Shown: one piece after another, positions 51,411 through 59,235 of the stretch
How the letters are laid out: every line of letters starts with the position of its first letter
Numbering within the stretch: position 1 is the first letter of the stretch
Assembly: GCA_048267165.1 (NCBI GenBank)
Contig: JBLWYD010000003.1
Span: forward strand, 60,707 to 124,706
DNA from: Bacteroidota bacterium
GTDB taxonomy: Bacteria > Bacteroidota > Ignavibacteria > Kapaibacteriales > UBA2268
Direction of reading: 5' to 3'
DNA length: 64,000 nt
Notes under the pieces: generated by a model
What the model saw: only the letters and a program-made list of their open reading frames with translations
The model's database searches: none
What the model was told of the DNA's origin: nothing
Position numbers and translations under genes: made by a program

Positions 51411-53480
51411 ATGCTTAAAAGTGAAATGAAAACTCTACTTACATTATTACTATTGATATCAACCACTTGTTTGTATGCTGAAGACAGCACTACTACTCGT
51501 GAATACCCGACATTTCAACTAGATGAAATAGAAGTAATGGATTCGCGGACAGGTGTGCAGCTCAAAGACCTAGGCAAGCAAGTAGAGGTAATCACCCAAT
51601 ACGAAATCAGCCAAATGCCCGTCAACTCCGTAGATGAGTTGTTACGTTATATCCCTGGGGTGGAAGTACAGAGCCGTGGAATGTACGGCACTCAAGCCGA
51701 TATAACAATGAGAGGCGGCACATACAACCAGACACTAATCCTCCTAGATGGTATCCGCATAGGCGACCCAATGACTGGTCATTTCAATAGTAATATCCCA
51801 ATAATACTTTCAAATATATATCGAATTGAGATAATCAAAGGTGCCAGCTCCGTTATCTATGGTGCTGATGCTGTTGGTGGAGTGATTAATATTGTTACAA
51901 GAAATATGTCAACTTTCTTTCAATATAAACAGCCACCTATGATGTGCGGGAATGCACCAAGATATATTCCCTCAGAAAAAGTAAAATATATTGAAAAAGA
52001 TACTATAAGTGACAAAAAATATCAAGCCGGTACAGCGGGTCTATCATTAGGACAGTTTTCAACTTATGGAATTAATTATTACTTTCAAAAAGGCAACTCT
52101 AATGTACATATTGATGCTGCTTATAATCACAATGAATCTTATGGTTATCCGGCATTCAATAACACTCACAATTATGGTTTTAGTAATCATACAGGTGGTA
52201 CATCTTTTAATTTCACAACTAACGAAACTGATTATATTGCCTATAGATTCGCTGCTGATTATAGATATTTCGATGCTCGATACTTCTATACGGCATCATC
52301 ATTCGATAAATCACAAGAGAGAGTAGAAAGGTATTTTGGTCAGACTAAATTTAGAATCAGAAGCTACGAAGAACACGATATAATTGGGAATTTTGGGCTA
52401 ATTTACACGAAAGATGATTTTATTTTTAATCCTGCATTTACACCAAACAATCACAAGACAATAAGTGGTGATTTGAATGTACACGACCAGATTATACTCG
52501 ATGCAAATACGGCGATGACTTTCGGAACTGAACTGCAATTCAACTTTATGGAAAGTACTGATAGAGGCAATAGGAATCAGCAACAACTAGGTCTATACGC
52601 AGTAGGTGTCCACGATTTCAACTCTGATTTTAATATCAACGCCGGTCTAAGGGGCGAGTTATTACCCACTGGTGGCCTAGAAGTAGTACCAAGTATTGGT
52701 ACGAATTATTACTTGACTGACAAGATAAAGCTAAGAGTAAATGCAGGTAGGTCTATTCGTACACCCGATTATACAGAGCGTTATGTCTCTACTGGATTGG
52801 AAGGAATACTTTCGGCTGGGAGAAATTTGGGGAATCCCGATTTACTACCCGAAATATCTTGGAATTACGAAGCTGGAACGGATATACAACTAGCACAGAA
52901 AATATCGCTGAACATAACGGGATATATGCGTGATTCAAAAAATGTAATAGATTATGGCTTCAAAAAGGGAAGCGAGATAACTAATAATCAAAATCTAGAT
53001 CCTACTTTCAATTATCTATACGCTCAGAACTTAGCAGAATTGCAAGTAAGGGGGGTTGAATTCAAGGTAAGTGGGTTTGAAACTAGTGATAAACTTAAGA
53101 ATTTCAATTGGTACGTTGGCGGAAATATATTGGATATAACTGTTGCTGATGATGTTAGTTCTAAATATATAACCAATGCTGCTGGGCTAAATTTCTCTGC
53201 GGGGTTGTTCTACATCATGACTGATTATCTAAGAATTGGTACTGATGCCATCTACCGTAAACGTGACATTAGCGAAGACCAATCAATCGAGTTTGGATTG
53301 ACTCCTGAGTACTTTGTAATGGATGCGAAGTTTACGTACACACTAAATGCATTTAATTTCGACTTAACAGTTAAAAATCTCTTCGATAAGGAATATTCAG
53401 ATATACTAGGTGTTCAACTCCCCGGAAGGTGGATTAGTTTTGGAATCAGTTATTCTGAAGGTGCATGGTTAAAGGATTAG
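51411..53480 (+). CDS. TonB-dependent receptor (BtuB-like plug)
   Basis: Plug domain VNSVDELLRYIPGVEVQSRGMYGTQADITMRGG...LILLDGIRIGD and a long beta-barrel. Confidence 0.8.
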   Translation: MLKSEMKTLLTLLLLISTTCLYAEDSTTTREYPTFQLDEIEVMDSRTGVQLKDLGKQVEVITQYEISQMPVNSVDELLRYIPGVEVQSRGMYGTQADITMRGGTYNQTLILLDGIRIGDPMTGHFNSNIPIILSNIYRIEIIKGASSVIYGADAVGGVINIVTRNMSTFFQYKQPPMMCGNAPRYIPSEKVKYIEKDTISDKKYQAGTAGLSLGQFSTYGINYYFQKGNSNVHIDAAYNHNESYGYPAFNNTHNYGFSNHTGGTSFNFTTNETDYIAYRFAADYRYFDARYFYTASSFDKSQERVERYFGQTKFRIRSYEEHDIIGNFGLIYTKDDFIFNPAFTPNNHKTISGDLNVHDQIILDANTAMTFGTELQFNFMESTDRGNRNQQQLGLYAVGVHDFNSDFNINAGLRGELLPTGGLEVVPSIGTNYYLTDKIKLRVNAGRSIRTPDYTERYVSTGLEGILSAGRNLGNPDLLPEISWNYEAGTDIQLAQKISLNITGYMRDSKNVIDYGFKKGSEITNNQNLDPTFNYLYAQNLAELQVRGVEFKVSGFETSDKLKNFNWYVGGNILDITVADDVSSKYITNAAGLNFSAGLFYIMTDYLRIGTDAIYRKRDISEDQSIEFGLTPEYFVMDAKFTYTLNAFNFDLTVKNLFDKEYSDILGVQLPGRWISFGISYSEGAWLKD

Positions 53481-53493
53481 GGCTTCTTTCATT

Positions 53494-53549
53494 TATACCT
53501 TTTAGTATAAAAAAAATTATACCTTTTGGTTTTATACCTTTTGGTATAA
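53494..53549. promoter_or_regulatory. three tandem copies of the palindrome TATACC-TTTT-GGTATA (the third is perfect)
   Basis: Copies at 53494, 53518 and 53534. This is the convergent 3' region of the TonB-dependent receptor gene and the ATPase gene. Confidence 0.55.
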
Positions 53550-53558
53550 ACTGATTTA

Positions 53559-54689
53559 CTACGTATATTCTCTTCTGAACCACAGCCCAAATGCAGGGTC
53601 TAAGAATATATAATCATTTTCGCTTTGATGAATCAGATCCTTTTCCATCAGTACTTTTCTGTTTTTTGTTACGTTATTGGGGCTACCAAGCTCATATTCT
53701 TCCATAGTTGATTTGCTAGTTAGTTGCTCTTCATTATTGGCAATTGCCTTTAGTAGATTCAGCTGCGTTCTACTGATACTACTAGTCTCAAGCAGATAAT
53801 ACGGCGAGTTCGTTGTCAATAGCTCATCTATCGCCTCTTCTATATTGCGATTCGTAGCTTTTCTACTCGTATTCAGCCAAGTATAATGCGATAATTGCTG
53901 CACGTACCAAGGGTGATTATCCATCGCCTCAGCTATAGATTGGGCTAGCTCTGGCGTAATTTCTTTTTTCGTATTAGAGAATCCTTTGACTATAAAATCA
54001 ATCCATTTTTTAGTACTGATTTTAGGTAAGAGAATTATATCACCAAAGCGATAAAAAGGACGTGATGAATTATCAAATATATCAAGCATCATGTGCCTCA
54101 TACTACCATACAGGCAATAAGTCACATTAGATTGCCGTTGCCAAGCTGAACGCATTTTCTTCTCAAATTGTTCGAAGTTATCGAACGAAGCCAAGTTCTG
54201 AAATTCATCTATACAGATAACGAATTGTATGTTCTTTTCCTCAGCTAGTTTCTGAGGTAAATCGAGTATTTCTTTTATGTTTTTTGCAGGATGATTCCAA
54301 TTGAACTGCAAGCTGAAATCTGTCATTGGCTCTACCCCCAATGATATTGACGGAGTGATAGATTTCAATAAATTCTTAGCCGAATCAATCCAATCGTCTA
54401 GCTTATTGGAGGAAGCTTTGACTATTTCGCTTGCAAAAACTTCGAGGAATTCCCTTTGTGAAGATGTAGCAAATAAGTCGAGATTAACTACTTTGATTTT
54501 CGAGTTTTTATTAGCTATTTGTTTAGATACTTTTTCTACTAATGAAGTCTTGCCCCATCGGCGAGGAGAAATAATCATAGTATTGATATTATTCAATAGA
54601 TTACTTTTGAGTCGTTTTATTTCATTCTCGCGGTTAGTGAAGGCAGCATCACTAACTGTTACACCATATACGAAGGGAGACTTTTTCAT
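53559..54689 (-). CDS. AAA+ ATPase (Arch_ATPase/DUF234 family)
   Basis: Walker A SPRRWGKTSL and Walker B FVICIDEFQNL. Its length and C-terminus are typical of the Arch_ATPase + DUF234 architecture. Confidence 0.8.
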   Translation of the reverse strand: MKKSPFVYGVTVSDAAFTNRENEIKRLKSNLLNNINTMIISPRRWGKTSLVEKVSKQIANKNSKIKVVNLDLFATSSQREFLEVFASEIVKASSNKLDDWIDSAKNLLKSITPSISLGVEPMTDFSLQFNWNHPAKNIKEILDLPQKLAEEKNIQFVICIDEFQNLASFDNFEQFEKKMRSAWQRQSNVTYCLYGSMRHMMLDIFDNSSRPFYRFGDIILLPKISTKKWIDFIVKGFSNTKKEITPELAQSIAEAMDNHPWYVQQLSHYTWLNTSRKATNRNIEEAIDELLTTNSPYYLLETSSISRTQLNLLKAIANNEEQLTSKSTMEEYELGSPNNVTKNRKVLMEKDLIHQSENDYIFLDPAFGLWFRREYT

Positions 54690-54693
54690 ATTT

Positions 54694-54750
54694 TATACCA
54701 TTTACTATAAAATTTGTTTTACCAAAAGGTATTATACCATTTGGTATAAA
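54694..54750. promoter_or_regulatory. palindrome cluster immediately upstream of the ATPase start: TATACCATTTACTATA, TACCAAAAGGTA and a perfect TTATACC-ATTT-GGTATAA
   Basis: Lies 5-60 bp upstream of the minus-strand ATG at 54689. It has the same core as 53494..53549 and 58887..58904. Confidence 0.55.
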
Positions 54751-54808
54751 ATTAATTATAATATCTGATAAATGCAAAAGAATGTTAGATTACTGTAGTT
54801 ACTTCTTC

Positions 54809-57800
54809 TTACCTAATTACTTCTATAAATTCCGTTTTAGTTATAGTTGGCGTAGTTAGCTGTAAATAGTATCTACCGCTTTGGTAGTTAGTCATATCCA
54901 GTTGAATATCCTGACTACCAATCGTTTGATTGCCAGATATTAATACTTCCATTTTTCTGCCTCGGTTGTTATATATAGCCAACTCTGTTATACCATCCTC
55001 GATTAGAATAACAGTGATAGATGCAGTTGTTGATATTACATTTGGCGATACTCCTAGTTTTAGAGCTTCGGACTCTACTACATTTACATATGGATTCTTC
55101 ACTATAAATTGACAAACCTTCGGCTCTATATCATACTCAATTGGTACCCCAGCAGAGCTATATAATTGAAACTCTGGTAGAGTTATCACTCCTTCACTTG
55201 CAGTAGTTCTCAGTACTTTCATTGGTATAGAAGCAATTTGATTTTCATCTGTTAGCTTGCCTGCATACTCGAAATAAGAGTTGTTGTCGATTGACTTTAC
55301 GCTAATCGTCTCATCAGTGGGTGCTATAACGGTAGGGTCAAACTGAACTTTTAATTTATATTCTAGCTCATCATTTTCAATTATTTTTGGACTAATATTC
55401 TTTAGAAATATCTGAAGCTCTGCCACTTCATCTAAACTAACATCTTTGAATTGGGGATATACTTCACCGCCGATTCCCTCTGCAAATAGCACAGTACGCA
55501 TAGGAGAACCTACGCCATCATAATGGAATTCGATGATAGAAGAAGTTCTGCCACCAAACTTAGGAGTGAATCGCAACGAGTACGCTTTGCTACCACCCTG
55601 AGGAATAACACTCAAACCGTTTTCGTCTAATACCTCAAATTGTTCAATGTCTGGACCAATAATATTTGTTTCAGTGATAGTTAAGTTTTTATAAGATAAG
55701 TTTTTAATTATAGCAATTGTTGTATCTATATTTCCGCCGAGTAAATGCTTACCAAAATCAATATTATCTATTGTTTCGGAGATAGGAGAGACCCCTCTTC
55801 CTTCTAAACTAAAAGTATCTTTATATACCCCATTAGTAGTAGTTATAGTAACTTCTGCAGTTCGTTTGTATTCACTAGTAGGGGTTAGCTCAAATGTTAG
55901 ATCATTACACTCATTATAATTGAGAATAGATTCGTCGGCCCCACCAGGAATTTTGAAATCAAGAGTATCGCCGCCCGTAACGTCTATACTTAGTATATGA
56001 AGTGGGGCTTTACGTTTGTTACATATAGCATCTTCGATAACTATAATTTTGGTTTGACCAACTACTGCATCACCCAAATCAAATTCTTTTAGTTTTATTG
56101 ATGGCTTCGGGGACTGAATTTCAAAAGTTGACTTTGAGATTACCGATTGGAGTGGTGTAACTTCGCCCGAAAGCTTTGCTATCCATACATCTTTTCTTCC
56201 TAATCTAGCATAATTAGAACTTTCAACGATCAATGGCTGAGTATAGCCAGCGAACACATACCCCTGATCTTTAGTTCCTATTATACTATTTACATAATCA
56301 CTTCCTAGACTATCACTACTTATAGTCTTTTCCCATTCTATTTCACCTCGTTCCGAAACTTTACTTACTAATGCCGAATATAACTCATAATTGCTTGTGC
56401 TAGATTTATCTAACATAGTCGCTGCAATGTATCCGTTATAATTTACTTTGGAAACATCTCCAAAATAATTATCATAAACATCAGACCCAAGTATAGGGCT
56501 GTAATTGTCGTTTATAAAAAATTTTCTTTTCTTAGATGAATTAGTTCGACCAATCTCTATACCATCTTCCACTTTAAAAAGGTAGGACGTTAAATCGTGC
56601 ATTGTTTTCACTATAATTGAGGCATATTCATTCAATTCAGCTCTAAAACTAGTATAATACTTATTCCATTCTACACTAGGCCAATCCGAGTCAATCACAT
56701 TTCCAAATATACTAATTGCTCCATTGTTTTCTTCATATACACCGACTGCATATTCTTCACCATGGCCACCTGTTATTTTTTCATACCTCTTATTCAATAA
56801 TGAGTCCAATCTTAGAATATAAATACCTTTTCCACTATTTGCATCCGTCATATTATCATACGAAGTTGAATACCCTACTATAATATATTCTTTTTTTCTT
56901 GTTTTAATAAATGAATGTGGAATTTCAATTGCTTCTCGACCATAAAGGACTTGTTTAAGGATTTCTCCATTAGAATTCAATCTTAAAACCCAAACATCAG
57001 AACCCGATTTATTTGGATTTAATTGTGTTGTAATAACGTCTCCATCGTTCGAACTTGAATGACAAAGAACTGTAAATTCTCCATCTTTCTCTTCCATCAC
57101 ATCTATGGCAAAGTCTCTACGAGTACCTCCATAAGTCTTTGACCATTCTATATTACCATTTGCGTCTAACTTTAATATCAAACAATCTTCACTAATTCCA
57201 GTATTCTTTTTTGGGAAATCACCATCATCTGAAGAAGTATTGCCTACTAATAAGAAACCACCATCATTCGTTTGTATTACTTTTTTGATTTCTTCATAAC
57301 TACTACCACCATAAGTTCTCATCCACTCCACCTCGCCAGCTACTGTATGCTTTATATCTGCATTGAGGTGATCAACTCGTACTTTACACTTATCACTTAT
57401 AGTATTTGGGACTTTCCACTTATAAGAATTTCCAGATTGTTTTTCAGCTATTGTAGTCCATTTGCTACCGTTGTTAGTACTATAACTTATAGTCACTAGA
57501 TCGTATTCAGTTACACCTTCCCATTTTATCTCTATCGTATCGCCAGATACGAGATTTTCTCCACCTATCGGATAGAGAATATTTATGCTTGTTTGCTTGA
57601 AAGAATACCCCGAATTACCACCTATTAAACTCATTTCACTTTTACATTCGGAAGTTTCTATGTGCATTATAGAAAAGTATTTATAGTTTTCAGTGGGGGC
57701 AAATGTTACGTTAATATCTAGGCTCTCACCTTTCTTTATAGTATATGGTAAGCTCTGATTAATGCTGTAAGCTCCAAAATCTGGAACAAAGCTAATTTTA

Positions 57801-58789
57801 TCAATAGTTATATCTTTATTCGTCGCTGAGAATGTTATGGTTGTGTCCTTTTTTGAATTTACTTTAACATCACCAACGGAGGCGAAGTTATCACTTATTA
57901 CTAATTTTGAGATTTGGTTTTCACTTAAATATATACTCTTATCTACTATGCTATTAGTTCTGTTGTCTCTAATATTCAAATCGACAGCTCTTTCGCAGCT
58001 ATAATCACTTTCCCATTCTAAAAGACAGGCGTTAAGAGTTAATTGCTTAGTTATTTTATTCAAGGCATTGAATACATCTATAGATGTTTTTTTATTCTTA
58101 AATAATTCCCCACCAGTTTGCTCTGTGATATTTGTGATAAGATCTGGGAACTTCCCATCAACAACTATAGTAGAGATTGTTATATTCGATGAAGTTGCAT
58201 CTGCAATTATCTGCTGTTCGTTTCCACCAGCTTCACCGTCAGTTATTAGGATTATCTGCTTATTGGAAAAAGCTGCCTTATCCATAGCTAATATTGCTCC
58301 AGCCGTAGGCGTTATAAAAGCAGAATTAAAATCAGTTCCACCAGAAGCTTTGATATTTTTTATTTTGTCAAGAATCTTATTCATATTACTCGTGAAATCA
58401 CTTATATAATAATTACTAGTTGTGAACCCAATGATAGCTATTTCACTTCCGTTGAACTCAAGATTGCTGATAAAAGAATTAAGAGCAGTATTAATCATTT
58501 TAATATGTGACCCAGACATAGACCCCGATACATCAACAGCTATTACAATTGACATAGGACTAACAGTATTGGGAGGGCAACTGACACTAGTTACATCTCT
58601 TAGTACTCCATTTTCCTTAATCTCGAAATCTGAGCGGCTATGTTTAGCTATAGGATTATCTTGCGAATCCGTAAGATAGAACTTCGCTTTCATCTTAGGG
58701 TATTCGGAGGTATCAATATCAAAAACTTGGAACTGCTGTGCAGTTATTAGTAATGGGAATAGCAATAGAATTGATAATATAGTTTTCAT
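54809..58789 (-). CDS. giant secreted surface protein: vWA, Ig-like domain, beta-propeller repeats, ASH-like folds and a T9SS CTD. Paralog of 15918..19892.
   Basis: The N-terminal ~95 aa and the C-terminal ...YYLQLTTPTITKTEFIEVIR are co-linear with the first giant protein. MIDAS motif DVSGSMSG. Confidence 0.6.
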   Translation of the reverse strand: MKTILSILLLFPLLITAQQFQVFDIDTSEYPKMKAKFYLTDSQDNPIAKHSRSDFEIKENGVLRDVTSVSCPPNTVSPMSIVIAVDVSGSMSGSHIKMINTALNSFISNLEFNGSEIAIIGFTTSNYYISDFTSNMNKILDKIKNIKASGGTDFNSAFITPTAGAILAMDKAAFSNKQIILITDGEAGGNEQQIIADATSSNITISTIVVDGKFPDLITNITEQTGGELFKNKKTSIDVFNALNKITKQLTLNACLLEWESDYSCERAVDLNIRDNRTNSIVDKSIYLSENQISKLVISDNFASVGDVKVNSKKDTTITFSATNKDITIDKISFVPDFGAYSINQSLPYTIKKGESLDINVTFAPTENYKYFSIMHIETSECKSEMSLIGGNSGYSFKQTSINILYPIGGENLVSGDTIEIKWEGVTEYDLVTISYSTNNGSKWTTIAEKQSGNSYKWKVPNTISDKCKVRVDHLNADIKHTVAGEVEWMRTYGGSSYEEIKKVIQTNDGGFLLVGNTSSDDGDFPKKNTGISEDCLILKLDANGNIEWSKTYGGTRRDFAIDVMEEKDGEFTVLCHSSSNDGDVITTQLNPNKSGSDVWVLRLNSNGEILKQVLYGREAIEIPHSFIKTRKKEYIIVGYSTSYDNMTDANSGKGIYILRLDSLLNKRYEKITGGHGEEYAVGVYEENNGAISIFGNVIDSDWPSVEWNKYYTSFRAELNEYASIIVKTMHDLTSYLFKVEDGIEIGRTNSSKKRKFFINDNYSPILGSDVYDNYFGDVSKVNYNGYIAATMLDKSSTSNYELYSALVSKVSERGEIEWEKTISSDSLGSDYVNSIIGTKDQGYVFAGYTQPLIVESSNYARLGRKDVWIAKLSGEVTPLQSVISKSTFEIQSPKPSIKLKEFDLGDAVVGQTKIIVIEDAICNKRKAPLHILSIDVTGGDTLDFKIPGGADESILNYNECNDLTFELTPTSEYKRTAEVTITTTNGVYKDTFSLEGRGVSPISETIDNIDFGKHLLGGNIDTTIAIIKNLSYKNLTITETNIIGPDIEQFEVLDENGLSVIPQGGSKAYSLRFTPKFGGRTSSIIEFHYDGVGSPMRTVLFAEGIGGEVYPQFKDVSLDEVAELQIFLKNISPKIIENDELEYKLKVQFDPTVIAPTDETISVKSIDNNSYFEYAGKLTDENQIASIPMKVLRTTASEGVITLPEFQLYSSAGVPIEYDIEPKVCQFIVKNPYVNVVESEALKLGVSPNVISTTASITVILIEDGITELAIYNNRGRKMEVLISGNQTIGSQDIQLDMTNYQSGRYYLQLTTPTITKTEFIEVIR

Positions 58790-58886
58790 TTTTTTCAGTA
58801 TTACAGTAAGAGATTGTAGAATATAGTAATTGTCTATATATAATGCAAACTATAACCCTAGAAGCAACAAGCAACAAGGTTGGCAA

Positions 58887-58904
58887 TTATACCTTTTGGT
58901 ATAA
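58887..58904. promoter_or_regulatory. perfect 18-bp palindrome TTATACCTTTTGGTATAA about 98 bp upstream of the giant gene start
   Basis: Exact 7-4-7 inverted repeat with the same core as the ATPase-flanking copies. Confidence 0.55.
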
Positions 58905-58924
58905 AGTGAATTTAGCTACTAAGG

Positions 58925-59200
58925 TTACTTCTTCTTACTCATTTCGTATTCGCGGCGAGTAACTTCGTCCATTAGCTTTTTCGATTTGCTGAGTAGTAGA
59001 TTGTAGTTCAGGCGTTTGTCTAGGTCACCAAGTACTTCGTACGCCTCTTTTATTTCGCCGAATACTCGTTGTACTTTTATGTCATCGGGGTGCAGATCGG
59101 GGTGGTATTTTCTTACCAAACGCTTGTACGCCATCCGTATTTCATCGGAGGTAGCAGAGCTTTCTAGCCCTAGTATTCTATAATAATTTTTGATTTTCAT
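58925..59200 (-). CDS. J-domain protein (DnaJ-like co-chaperone, 91 aa)
   Basis: YYRILGLESSATSDEIRMAYKRLVRKYHPD. It lies directly downstream of flhA. Confidence 0.8.
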   Translation of the reverse strand: MKIKNYYRILGLESSATSDEIRMAYKRLVRKYHPDLHPDDIKVQRVFGEIKEAYEVLGDLDKRLNYNLLLSKSKKLMDEVTRREYEMSKKK

Positions 59201-59235
59201 ATTTTAAGAATATAAAAATACTGAAAATTGTTGAA

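Noticed and set aside
54301-54768. 155-aa plus-strand ORF overlapping the AAA+ ATPase and the palindrome cluster
   Set aside because: It is antisense to the ATPase, which has clear Walker motifs. Its 3' part is the AT-rich palindrome region.
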